Shown: piece after piece, positions 27,659 through 36,749 of the stretch
How positions within the stretch are numbered: position 1 is the stretch's first letter
Layout: the number at the start of each line of letters is the position of its first letter
Assembly (NCBI GenBank): GCA_031551405.1
Contig: JAVBNQ010000006.1
Location: 62,001-119,628 of the forward strand
Direction: 5' to 3'
DNA from: a bacterium
GTDB taxonomy: Bacteria; RUG730
Length of the DNA stretch: 57,628 nucleotides
Position numbers and translations under genes: made by a program
The notes under the pieces: generated by a model
Seen by the model: only the letters and a program-made list of their open reading frames with translations
Databases searched by the model: none
Told to the model about the DNA's origin: nothing

Positions 27659-28488
27659 GATTTTGAGAGCTCAATTGATTTTTGTTTTGCTATTTCGAGC
27701 CCATTTTTTATCAATTTTTTTAACTCGCTATCGTCAAAATAATTTATTGCAGCTTCTGTTGTTCCGCCTTTTGATGTGACTTTTTGACGTAAAACTTGAG
27801 GCGAGTCATCGTTAGACTTCATCATAAAACCTGCGCCAAATATTGTTTGAATCGCTAGTTTCGTCGAAATTTCTTGGCTAAGTCCCATTTCGATTCCAGC
27901 TTCAATCATCGCTTCAGCCAGATAAAAAACGTAGGCCGGGCCGCTTCCGGACAATGCCGTTATTGCGTCGAGATCTTTTTCATGCACTTCTTCGCAAACT
28001 CCGAGTGACGATAGAATTAGTGATGTCATGTTTTTGCTTTCTTGAGATGCGTTTTGAGCGAAACTATAGGCCAGCGCGCCTTCTCCGACTAGAGACGGAG
28101 TGTTTGGCATAACGCGAATTATCTCTACATTTTCGAATTGTGACGTAATTCTTTGCAGTTTTCCGATTTTTATTCCGGCCAGTATTGAGATCAAAATTTT
28201 GTTTGCAGGATTTAGTTTAGCTAGAAGCGGCGCAATATCGTCTAAATTTTGAGGTTTAACACTCAAGACGAAGATTTGAACGCCAGAGAGTTTTTCTGTC
28301 AAAGCCGTGTCGTCTGAAACACAACAATTTGCTTTATAAGTTTTGGAAATATAATCGAGGCGAGTTGTATTTATGTCAATGCAAAAAATATTTGATGTAT
28401 CAAAAATTTGTTTTTTTATAAGCCCTTTCAAAAAAGCTTCCGTCATATTTCCTGCGCCAATGAAACAAATTTTTTTGTCAGTTTTCAT
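27655..28488 (-). CDS. proC: Pyrroline-5-carboxylate reductase
   Basis: FIGAGNM, SVKPQ, RVMPNTP, ALSGSGPAY, VTSKGGTT. Confidence 0.96.
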   Translation of the reverse strand: MKTDKKICFIGAGNMTEAFLKGLIKKQIFDTSNIFCIDINTTRLDYISKTYKANCCVSDDTALTEKLSGVQIFVLSVKPQNLDDIAPLLAKLNPANKILISILAGIKIGKLQRITSQFENVEIIRVMPNTPSLVGEGALAYSFAQNASQESKNMTSLILSSLGVCEEVHEKDLDAITALSGSGPAYVFYLAEAMIEAGIEMGLSQEISTKLAIQTIFGAGFMMKSNDDSPQVLRQKVTSKGGTTEAAINYFDDSELKKLIKNGLEIAKQKSIELSKS

Positions 28489-28500
28489 TTTTAAAATCCT

Positions 28501-29703
28501 TTATTTTACGACGACCGTATAAAATTTTTTATCAGAAAACAGAATATCTATCGCTTCGTCAATTTCTTTTTTCGAGATTTTTTCAATAGCATCCAAATAT
28601 TTCTTTTGGTAATCGGCTCCGAGATCTAAAAAATCATAAAATCCAAGTAAAAAACATTGGTCATATTGTTTTTGATTTTTCAAGATTTCAGCCATTTTTA
28701 ACTGTTCTTTGAGGATTTTTATATCGCCTGATTTGATTTTATTTTTACATAATTTTTGTAATTCAAAATCCAGTGTGTCAAGCGCTTTTTTTATGTTTTT
28801 TTTATCGAGTCCCATTCGAGTGAACCAATAATTTTCGTCATCATAATTTGAATGCGATGATCCGATTTCGTAAACAAGCCCCAAATCTTCACGAATTTTT
28901 TCAAAGAAAAGCGACGACATCCCAACGCCAAGATATCGATTTATTAGTTTCAAACCCACGAATTTTTCGTGTCTTATTGACGGAACTTTTAATCCGTGAA
29001 TTAAGTATGCTTGGTTAAAATCTGACTTTATTTCACAAAAAATTTGAGTATCATTTTTAGTCTTGAAAGTTTCGGTAGAGTTTTGCATCTCGTGATATTT
29101 TTTCAGGTTTTTCAAGAATTTGTCTTCGAAAACATTTTGATCGAGGCTACTTATAATCGAAACTGTTTTAGGACGAGACAAAAGAAAATTTTTATGAAAG
29201 AGCCTCAAATCTTTTTTTGTAATATTTTTTATCGAATTAGAATTTCCGAGTGTAAATAAACTTTTCGGATTTTTTTCTCCATACAAATTCTGCAAAAATT
29301 TGTCAAAACAAACATTGAAAATATAATCGTTTCTCGAAGTAATTTCGTTTAAAAAATCTTTTTTTAATCTTTCGATTTCCACGTCTGGAAAAATAGGATT
29401 TTCGAGTATTTCAAAAAAGAGTTCAGAAGCTTTGTTTAGTTTTCTATTGTCGAACATCAAGCAAAAATTCAAGTATTTGTTCGTTCTGTTTATCTCGAAA
29501 GAAATTGCGTTTTTTTCAAGTTCAAGAGCCAGACTTCTGGCATCAAATTTTTTGCTGCCTTTCACAAGCATTTTTGACGTAAAACTTCCAAGCCCAGGCA
29601 ATTTTTTATCGCAACTCATGTCGAGTGAATAGAAAATATTTATGATTGAAATATTATTTAGCGTATTTTTTTTATAGACTTGGTTTAGGGTGTTTTTTTT
29701 CAT
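28501..29703 (-). CDS. M16 peptidase family protein, non-catalytic subunit type
   Basis: PGLGSFTSKMLVKGS (HxxEH degenerate), SSLFFEKIREDLGLVY. Confidence 0.75.
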   Translation of the reverse strand: MKKNTLNQVYKKNTLNNISIINIFYSLDMSCDKKLPGLGSFTSKMLVKGSKKFDARSLALELEKNAISFEINRTNKYLNFCLMFDNRKLNKASELFFEILENPIFPDVEIERLKKDFLNEITSRNDYIFNVCFDKFLQNLYGEKNPKSLFTLGNSNSIKNITKKDLRLFHKNFLLSRPKTVSIISSLDQNVFEDKFLKNLKKYHEMQNSTETFKTKNDTQIFCEIKSDFNQAYLIHGLKVPSIRHEKFVGLKLINRYLGVGMSSLFFEKIREDLGLVYEIGSSHSNYDDENYWFTRMGLDKKNIKKALDTLDFELQKLCKNKIKSGDIKILKEQLKMAEILKNQKQYDQCFLLGFYDFLDLGADYQKKYLDAIEKISKKEIDEAIDILFSDKKFYTVVVK

Positions 29704-30155
29704 TTTTTATAGGATTTTATATCTTTTTGCATTTGAATTTTTATGTCGCGTTCCTTTATTACCTGTTTTTTATCGAAGTTTTTTTTCCCTTGAACGAGTG
29801 CGATCTTGATTTTGAAAATATTTCTGTCGTTGAAATATGCCTCGACCGGAACAACGGAAAAGCCTTTCTTTTCGACTTTTCCGCGAATTTTTTCGATTTC
29901 TCTTCTATGAAGCAAAAGTTTTCTTGAACGCGTTGGATCTACTGTCTCAATATTTGAGGCTCTCGAGTAATTTGAAATATGTGTATTGACGAGAATAGCT
30001 TCGTTTTCTTTGAATTTGACAAAACTGTCTTTCAGATTAATTCTTCCCTCTCGAATCGCTTTGACTTCAGAGCCAAAAAGCGCGATTCCGGCTTCGTAAG
30101 TCTCGAGTATAAAATAATCAAAAAAAGCTTTGCGATTTGTAGTAATTATTTTCAT
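29700..30155 (-). CDS. smpB: SsrA-binding protein
   Basis: NRKAFFDY, EAGIALFGSEVKAIR, RSRKLLLH, GKKNFDKK; ATGA overlap with lptC stop. Confidence 0.96.
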   Translation of the reverse strand: MKIITTNRKAFFDYFILETYEAGIALFGSEVKAIREGRINLKDSFVKFKENEAILVNTHISNYSRASNIETVDPTRSRKLLLHRREIEKIRGKVEKKGFSVVPVEAYFNDRNIFKIKIALVQGKKNFDKKQVIKERDIKIQMQKDIKSYKK

Positions 30156-30724
30156 TTTGTTAAATTTTTTTCGTTCGGCTCTGTCCAAATTTTCACGTCT
30201 TTTTTTATGTTAATCTCTGATAAATCCGATCTTGAATCAAAACCAATTCCAGTCGTGATATTTTTTCCTTGTTCAATTCGCACAAATTCTTCCGAGTAAA
30301 AAACATCGAGTTTTTTGTCAAAAAAAATTTCTTCGGTGAATATTTTCGTGTTGTCTTTGAATGATACGATTTTCACGTCTCCGGTTGCTTTCATGTTTTT
30401 AGTATCAGTATTCACGTCGGCTTCCTTGGCTTCTAATGTTGCTGTTACTAGTTCATTTTTGTCTTCGTCGTAAAATAAAACTTTTGGGTTGATTATTTTT
30501 ATGTTTTGCGAGGACGAATCTGCGCCGATTACAGCGCTTTCTCCCGTCAAATCCCATATTTTTTTGCCTTTTTCTACGCCTTTCAAGAAAAATTCTTTAA
30601 AATTGTCTTGAGCGATTTCCGTAGAATTTTCAAGCTTCTGACTAGTTTTTTTGTCGTCGCAGGCTAAAAATGTTAGACTAGTCAAGCAGCAAATAAAAAT
30701 TAAAAGTTTTGTTTTGTGTTCCAT
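30152..30724 (-). CDS. lptC: LPS export periplasmic protein LptC, probably a lipoprotein
   Basis: Lipobox-like FLAC, W.L.GESA, TEEIFFD, TGIGF beta-jellyroll pattern; next to lpxL. Confidence 0.75.
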   Translation of the reverse strand: MEHKTKLLIFICCLTSLTFLACDDKKTSQKLENSTEIAQDNFKEFFLKGVEKGKKIWDLTGESAVIGADSSSQNIKIINPKVLFYDEDKNELVTATLEAKEADVNTDTKNMKATGDVKIVSFKDNTKIFTEEIFFDKKLDVFYSEEFVRIEQGKNITTGIGFDSRSDLSEINIKKDVKIWTEPNEKNLTK

Positions 30725-31614
30725 CTTTTGTGAATCCAAATCCATTGTTCGGGAAATTGTTTGATTTTTTCCTCGATTTTTTCAGTGAATTTTTGTGTAT
30801 TTTTTATAATGTCATCTTCGTAATTTTCAGAGATTGTAAGCTCTATTGCCTCGTCAATCTCAAGAATATGTCGATTGTTTTTTGTTCTGCGGATGAAAAG
30901 CGGTAAAACAATCGAGTTGTATTTCCTCGCTAAAACCGCTGCTCCAGTCGGCGTATAAGCCTTTTTGTCAAAAAAATCTACAAAACAGCCGTCAACTTTT
31001 GTGTCTTGGTCAATTAAAATCGCGAGGGTTTCGTTATTTTTTAGCATTTTTATCATATCGCGAGTTGATTCGGAACGAAGCAAAGTTTTGACTCCTTTTT
31101 TGGCGCGTATGTTCACTAAAATGTCGTTTAATCTAGAGTCATAAATTTTTTTTGCGATTACGTTGATTGGATAGCCGCGGCTCGCAAGATATGCTCCGAA
31201 AAGTTCCCAATTCCCAAAATGTGCAGTCAATAACAGAACTCCTCGATTTTGTTTGAGCGCATCATCTAAACGTTTGAGATCAGAATCATTGACCTCGAAT
31301 AGTTGCGAAAACTTTTCGTACGATAGATTATTAAAAGCCAAAAATTCAAATAACGATTTCCCGAGGTTTTTTCCGATATGATTTTTTAGTGTCAAAAGCT
31401 CGTTTTTATTTTTGTCAGGGAATGCTGTTTTCAGATTTTCCAAGATCAAAGATTTATCTTTTTTCGAGATAGCAAAAAATAAATAGCCAAGAAATCCGCC
31501 GATTTTAACTAGAAAATCGTAATTTATAAATTTCATAAAAAAAATAAAAATTAAGGCAAAATAATATATCAAATCACGTATTATTTTTTTTTTAAGGTTT
31601 CGAATATCCAGCAT
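30700..31614 (-). CDS. lpxL: Lipid A late acyltransferase LpxL/HtrB family
   Basis: TAHFGNWE, LIDQD, VDFF, PEQWIWIHKRW. Confidence 0.9.
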   Translation of the reverse strand: MLDIRNLKKKIIRDLIYYFALIFIFFMKFINYDFLVKIGGFLGYLFFAISKKDKSLILENLKTAFPDKNKNELLTLKNHIGKNLGKSLFEFLAFNNLSYEKFSQLFEVNDSDLKRLDDALKQNRGVLLLTAHFGNWELFGAYLASRGYPINVIAKKIYDSRLNDILVNIRAKKGVKTLLRSESTRDMIKMLKNNETLAILIDQDTKVDGCFVDFFDKKAYTPTGAAVLARKYNSIVLPLFIRRTKNNRHILEIDEAIELTISENYEDDIIKNTQKFTEKIEEKIKQFPEQWIWIHKRWNTKQNF

Positions 31615-31806
31615 TGTTTTCTCTTACAATAAATTTTTCGCCAGTGAAATGGCAGGAGCACAAATTTTAAATGTGGGGTTTAGAAATAAGTAGATTTGAT
31701 TTATTAGAGCAGAAGAATTCGGCAGGCTGAGATTTTTAAAATTTGAAAAAGTCAAAGCAGCGACGACTGAAAATATAATTTTTTACAAGTAAAACTTAGC
31801 TTTTTC

Positions 31807-33096
31807 TTATTCATAAAATGGCGACCATCTTACTGAAGAAATTGTTCCTTTTGTAGAAAATATTTTTTTTGCATTTGAACCGTCTTTTTTCATTACGAAA
31901 AGTTCTTTTTTCCCGTTTCGCGTCGACGTAAATGAGATATATCTTCCATCAGGAGACCATGAAGGATCCTCATTATTTCCTGAGTTTTCAGTCAGCCTTG
32001 TGATGTTTTTCGAATTTACATTGATTTTACAAATGTCCCATTGCTTGTCGAGCATACAAGCAAAAACGATTTCTTCATCATTTGGCGACCATTGAAGCGA
32101 GTCTTTGTATTTGGTGTTGTACGTGATAGGCACTTCGTCTTTTGTGATTAGATCGTAAACGTAAATTTGTGGTACTCCGGTTCTATCTGAAATGTAGGCT
32201 ATTTTTGAACCGTCGTTTGACCACGTCGGTGAAATATCTATAAATTTGTTTTTTGTTATTCTTGTGAGCTGATTGCCGGCAGTGTCGATTAAAACTATGT
32301 CCGGGCTACCGGCTATTGTCATAGACATTGCTATCTTGTCGCCTGACGGAGAAAATTCCGCTGTTGCATTTAATCCTTGTTTTTTTGAGATAGCTTTAGT
32401 GTCTTTGGCATTAAAGTCATATAAAAATAAATCGGGATTTCCCAGGTGGTAACTCGTGTAGAGTAGTTGTCTTGACTTAGGATTCCAGGATGGAAGAATC
32501 GATATAGAATTATTGCTTGTAATTTTCATAGCCTCAGATCCGTCATAGTCCATACAATAAAGCTCTTTTACAGTTCCGCTTAGGCCTTGGCTATACGAAA
32601 ATACAAATTGCGTCAAAAATAAACCTTTGTATCCAGTCAAAACAAAGTATATATCATTTGAAATAGAGTGTGATAATTTTCTTAAATTTTTGTCAGTTAA
32701 ATTGTAATCTTTTTCGAAGAATTTTTCGTTTTGTGCGATATACATTACTTTTACTTTTAAGATATTTGATGTAACGTCAAAAGTGCCTTCAATTGCATAA
32801 TCGATATTTTCTTTTAGCCAAGTATCAAGATTATTCTTATTAGCCAACAAGTTTTTGTTTATTGCGTCGCTATCTTCTATTTTTAGTTTGTCGTCGAATT
32901 TTAAGTCGTGGCTAATTATGCTTTTTATTGAAGCAGGCCTTTGGTCTTTTTTATCACTAGAGATGAAATCGTTAATGAAAATATATTGTCTCCTTGTCTC
33001 TTTGTCAGCTGAAACTTTGACGTATATCTCATTACAAAACAAGTTGCCTATTTGAGCTATAAAAAAGAATGCTAGAACTAAAATTTTTGACTTCAT
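31807..33096 (-). CDS. tolB: Tol-Pal beta-propeller protein TolB
   Basis: Signal peptide, MDYDG, repeated PD40 motifs (PSWNP, FSPSG, PTWSNDG, PSWSPDG). Confidence 0.92.
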   Translation of the reverse strand: MKSKILVLAFFFIAQIGNLFCNEIYVKVSADKETRRQYIFINDFISSDKKDQRPASIKSIISHDLKFDDKLKIEDSDAINKNLLANKNNLDTWLKENIDYAIEGTFDVTSNILKVKVMYIAQNEKFFEKDYNLTDKNLRKLSHSISNDIYFVLTGYKGLFLTQFVFSYSQGLSGTVKELYCMDYDGSEAMKITSNNSISILPSWNPKSRQLLYTSYHLGNPDLFLYDFNAKDTKAISKKQGLNATAEFSPSGDKIAMSMTIAGSPDIVLIDTAGNQLTRITKNKFIDISPTWSNDGSKIAYISDRTGVPQIYVYDLITKDEVPITYNTKYKDSLQWSPNDEEIVFACMLDKQWDICKINVNSKNITRLTENSGNNEDPSWSPDGRYISFTSTRNGKKELFVMKKDGSNAKKIFSTKGTISSVRWSPFYE

Positions 33097-33168
33097 AAAA
33101 ATTTCCTCTCTATTTTTTAGTTAGTTTGTTTAGATATAGAATCACTGTATTTTGAGACTATTTAAATT

Positions 33169-34032
33169 TTATACAAATTCGAATTCAAAAACGACATCGA
33201 GAGGTTCTTCTTTATAATCATCCGGTAAGCCAGGCAGTGGCGATGATTTTAAAATCGCGTTTTTTGCAGCCTCATCGAATTCTTTGAATCCGGATGTTTT
33301 ATTTATTTTGATGTTTTTTATCTCGCCGTTCCGTAATATTTGAAAATTCACAACAGTATTAACATTGCTGCTCGAAGTAACGTAAGGAGCAAGCCAATTA
33401 TTGTTAACTTTTTCTTTTAAAATTTTTACGTAATAAAAAAACTGAAAATTTTGATTAAATTTTACATTTTTTACGACGTTCGTTTTTCCAGTTTCTCCAG
33501 CTTCAGTCCCAGTTCCGATCCCAGCTGAGTTAGCAGTTGCTGATTGAACGGCAGATTTTGGGCTGATTTGAGTTGAATTGCTGCTGCTTGCATTAACTAC
33601 TTTCTCAGATAATATTGGCAGATCGTCGTCATCAGTACTTATTTTCGAAATTTGTTCACTAGGTTGAGGAATTTTTTCTTCTTTTTTTGCTTTTTCGTCG
33701 TTTATTTTTAATTTTTCAATATTTTTGGCTGGGACAGAAATCTCAGTTTTTACTTCAGGCTTTGGAGCTACGGTTTTTTCAAGATTTTGCTCAATTTTTT
33801 CAACCGGTGGAGCAATTTGTAGCGGCTCCGCAATTTTTTCATCAACATTTGAAGACGATGAATGAATCTGTTCCACAGAAAAAAAATCAACCGGAATCTC
33901 AATTCTGACTTTATCTTTTGTGACGTGAAAGCACATTGCAATAAAAATCAGGCAATGGATTAGAAATGAAACAAAAAAAGAATTTTTAAAATTGTAAGAT
34001 GAGAAAGCTAAATTATTTGTTTTTTGTTGCAT
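33169..34032 (-). CDS. TolA/TonB family energy transducer
   Basis: TM helix with SxxxH (SFLIH), Pro/Lys/Glu-rich linker, TonB_C-like domain (SGFKEFDEAA...PLPGLP). Confidence 0.82.
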   Translation of the reverse strand: MQQKTNNLAFSSYNFKNSFFVSFLIHCLIFIAMCFHVTKDKVRIEIPVDFFSVEQIHSSSSNVDEKIAEPLQIAPPVEKIEQNLEKTVAPKPEVKTEISVPAKNIEKLKINDEKAKKEEKIPQPSEQISKISTDDDDLPILSEKVVNASSSNSTQISPKSAVQSATANSAGIGTGTEAGETGKTNVVKNVKFNQNFQFFYYVKILKEKVNNNWLAPYVTSSSNVNTVVNFQILRNGEIKNIKINKTSGFKEFDEAAKNAILKSSPLPGLPDDYKEEPLDVVFEFEFV

Positions 34033-34879
34033 CGTTCATGGAGTCAAGTTCATCCTTGGAAGATTTTGCTTCTTCAGTGGAAGGATAACCTTTCATGAGT
34101 TTATTGTAAACTTCTTTTGCTTTTTCGAACTCGCCGAGTTTACGAAGAGCTTTTGCTTTCAAAAGATATGCTTTTCTAATTAAATCATTGTTTGGGTATT
34201 TTATTGCAAATTCATCGATGGTTTCGCAAGTTTTGGCCCAGTCTTTTTTTGCGTAGTAGCAAACCGCTAAATCATAGTTTGAATTTTCTCCATACAAAGT
34301 ATCTGGAACTTCTGTCTTTAATTTTGTGAATCCTGCTATTGCTAAATCATAACTTCCTCGACCATAATCGGTTCTTGCAACTTCGTAAATTTGTTCGATT
34401 TGAGGAGTTGGAAGAATTGACGTTGGAGCAGGCTGCGGTTGATTTTGCTCTTGAAGCTGTGTCGTTTGCGGTTGAGTAAGGTTTGGGCTCATCCATAGTT
34501 TAGTGAGTTTGTCTTCCAATATAGCGAGTTTTTTATCGATTTGCTCTAAAGAGTCTTTGCTGAATTTTAAATCATCGAATTTGTAATTCCCGGCGTCTAT
34601 TTTCCCGCCAATTTTATTGATGTAGTTATTTTGTAGATTGATATTTTCTCGTAAGTCAGCGTTGATTTTTTTGAGTCTTTCGATTTCTTCTATGATTTCA
34701 TCTCGTATATCGATATTAACTTCGACTGTATTATTCATCCCTTCGTTAATTTCTTTTCTAAGCTCGAACATTTCAAGTTTTAGATTTAAAAAATCTTCTC
34801 TGGTCGCAATACAACCAAAAGATGTAAAAGTTAAAAACAGCATTAAAAAAATAAATTTTAGAGTGAGTATATTTTTCAT
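34013..34879 (-). CDS. cpoB: Tol-Pal system protein CpoB/YbgF (coiled coil + TPR lipoprotein)
   Basis: Lipobox SFGC, coiled coil, YDLAIAGF and TPR repeats, YPSTEEA; follows pal. Confidence 0.8.
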   Translation of the reverse strand: MKNILTLKFIFLMLFLTFTSFGCIATREDFLNLKLEMFELRKEINEGMNNTVEVNIDIRDEIIEEIERLKKINADLRENINLQNNYINKIGGKIDAGNYKFDDLKFSKDSLEQIDKKLAILEDKLTKLWMSPNLTQPQTTQLQEQNQPQPAPTSILPTPQIEQIYEVARTDYGRGSYDLAIAGFTKLKTEVPDTLYGENSNYDLAVCYYAKKDWAKTCETIDEFAIKYPNNDLIRKAYLLKAKALRKLGEFEKAKEVYNKLMKGYPSTEEAKSSKDELDSMNDATKNK

Positions 34880-34883
34880 TTAT

Positions 34884-35450
34884 TTATTGCCTCTTGTAAA
34901 CTAAAAACTCAGCTCGTCTGTTTTTTGACCAAGCATCATCAGTTTCAGCTGGGTCTATAGGCTTCTCTTCTCCGTAACTTATTGTGCCTATTCTCTTTGC
35001 GTCAACGCCCAGATAAGCTATGTATTCTCGAACAACGCTCGCTCTTTTTTGCCCTAAGCCCAAATTGTATTTTTCAGAGCCGCGACTGTCAGTGTGCCCT
35101 TCGATCAAAATATTGTAGTCTGGGTTTGATTTTAACCATTTCACGTTTTCGAATAACATATCTCTAAAATTTTGTTTTATTTCATACGAGTCAAAATCAA
35201 AATATATCGTTTTTAAATCTAAATTTTCTTCAAAAGCCTGATCTCGAATATTTGGTTCTTCTATTTCGAGTGGGTCAGTTATATTTTCCACTGCTTTCGG
35301 CTCTTCTTGCTTTTTTTCGTGATCAGCCAAATTGTATTTTGGAAGAGCAACAGCAAGATCGTTTTCAGAGTTTTTTTTAGGAGCGCAGCCCGAGATAAAA
35401 ATAGCTAAATAAATGAACAAAAAAATTGGAACTAATTTCTTTATAATCAT
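34884..35450 (-). CDS. pal: Peptidoglycan-associated lipoprotein
   Basis: Lipobox ISGC, IYFDFD, IEGHTDSRG, YNLGLGQKRA, ISYGEEKP, KNRRAEF. Confidence 0.95.
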   Translation of the reverse strand: MIIKKLVPIFLFIYLAIFISGCAPKKNSENDLAVALPKYNLADHEKKQEEPKAVENITDPLEIEEPNIRDQAFEENLDLKTIYFDFDSYEIKQNFRDMLFENVKWLKSNPDYNILIEGHTDSRGSEKYNLGLGQKRASVVREYIAYLGVDAKRIGTISYGEEKPIDPAETDDAWSKNRRAEFLVYKRQ

Positions 35451-35455
35451 TATTT

Positions 35456-35935
35456 TTATCCTCTTTTTATATCTAATATTTTGAGTTTTAATTTTTTTGA
35501 AGGCAAATCTATTACAGCTTCATCTCCTTTTTTGTGACCTAATAGGCCTTGACCAACCGGAGAAAGTATTGATATTTTGCCTTCACTGAAATTTGCTTCA
35601 CTCGCATCGACTAAAATATACGTTAGCTCAGAGTTAGTCTCGAGGTTGAGAAGTTTGACTGTAGAGCCAATTCTAACTTCGTTTGCGTCTAGATTTTCTG
35701 TTTCGAGTATTACCGCTCTTCCAAGTCTATCCTCAAGTTGAACAATTTTTGCCTCAATTCTGCCTTGCTTTTCTTTGGCAGCGTCATATTCAGCATTCTC
35801 GGATAGATCTCCTTGTTCTCTGGCTTCTTTTATTTGCAGAGCGATCTCTTTCCGTTCGACCTGTTTCAAGTGATCCAGCTCTTGTTTTAATTTATCATAG
35901 CCTTGTCTGCTTAAATAAATTCTATCAATGGCCAT
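35456..35935 (-). CDS. greA: Transcription elongation factor GreA
   Basis: AREQGDLSENAEYDAAK, ISILSPVGQGLLG. Confidence 0.96.
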   Translation of the reverse strand: MAIDRIYLSRQGYDKLKQELDHLKQVERKEIALQIKEAREQGDLSENAEYDAAKEKQGRIEAKIVQLEDRLGRAVILETENLDANEVRIGSTVKLLNLETNSELTYILVDASEANFSEGKISILSPVGQGLLGHKKGDEAVIDLPSKKLKLKILDIKRG

Positions 35936-36059
35936 TTTTGCCTCCGCAGCTTCACTTCGTTTTTCGAGTAAACCCTTTGAGTAAGAGAAAATTTAAAATT
36001 CATTATAGTTAAGAGTTAAAAATATTTCAAGTTTTTTAAATTCTTGAGGCTGGGAGGTT

Positions 36060-36518
36060 TTATTCTTTATCGCAAAATTTTACGGTTTCGACGCCACTTT
36101 CCTTAAAAATAAGCTCAGCAAAAGAATCAGGATAGTCGTTTATATAAACTACTCTTTTTATGCCGGCTTGAACGATCATTTTTGCGCATAAAATACAAGG
36201 ATGAGTGAGAGAGTATAATGTCGCGCCTTCAGTGTCTATGCCTAGCGACGTAGCAAAAAGCAAAGCATTTTGTTCTGCATGCAAACCTCGACAGAGCTCA
36301 TGACGTGTGCCGGATGGAATTTGCATTTTTTCACGGATACAGCCGACTTCAAAACAATGCGGCATATTTCGCACTGAGCCATTGTATCCGGTTGAAAGGA
36401 TGTGTTTGTTTTTTACGAGTACCGCTCCAACGTGACGACGTAAGCATGACGATCTTTTTGCTACTTCTTTTGTGATTGAAATGAAATATTCATCCCAAGA
36501 AATTCTTTTTTCTTCCAT
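36060..36518 (-). CDS. dCMP deaminase (ComEB family)
   Basis: SWDEYF, RSSCLRR, TGYNG, HAEQNA, PCILC zinc motifs. Confidence 0.92.
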   Translation of the reverse strand: MEEKRISWDEYFISITKEVAKRSSCLRRHVGAVLVKNKHILSTGYNGSVRNMPHCFEVGCIREKMQIPSGTRHELCRGLHAEQNALLFATSLGIDTEGATLYSLTHPCILCAKMIVQAGIKRVVYINDYPDSFAELIFKESGVETVKFCDKE

Positions 36519-36615
36519 AAAAGTACCTTTTTAAATTTCCAATGATTAATAAAACGTCGTAATTTTATCCATTTTTAAGATTTTTTGCAAGGCTAAAATT
36601 TTGTTTTTTTATTAA

Positions 36616-36685
36616 AAATTCGCAACAAATTCGCAATAAGTTCGCAACAAATTCGCTTTTGTAGTTGTGTCCGGTAACATATAAT
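36616..36685 (+). promoter_or_regulatory. Phased 11-bp direct repeats and -10 box upstream of the giant gene
   Basis: AAATTCGCAAC AAATTCGCAAT AAGTTCGCAAC AAATTCGC (36616..36656); TATAAT at 36680; RBS AGGAGGT at 36740. Confidence 0.65.
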
Positions 36686-36749
36686 AAAGCTAAGAAATAT
36701 TGAAATTTTTTAAAAATAATTCTTTTCATGTTTTCTGATAGGAGGTACT

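Noticed and set aside
28501..29703. M16 protein without HxxEH as a pseudogene
   Set aside because: ORF is intact, and non-catalytic M16 subunits are normal partners in heterodimeric M16B peptidases.
36616..36656. Tandem repeats as a CRISPR array
   Set aside because: Units are 11 bp and contiguous, with no spacers; no cas genes in the window.
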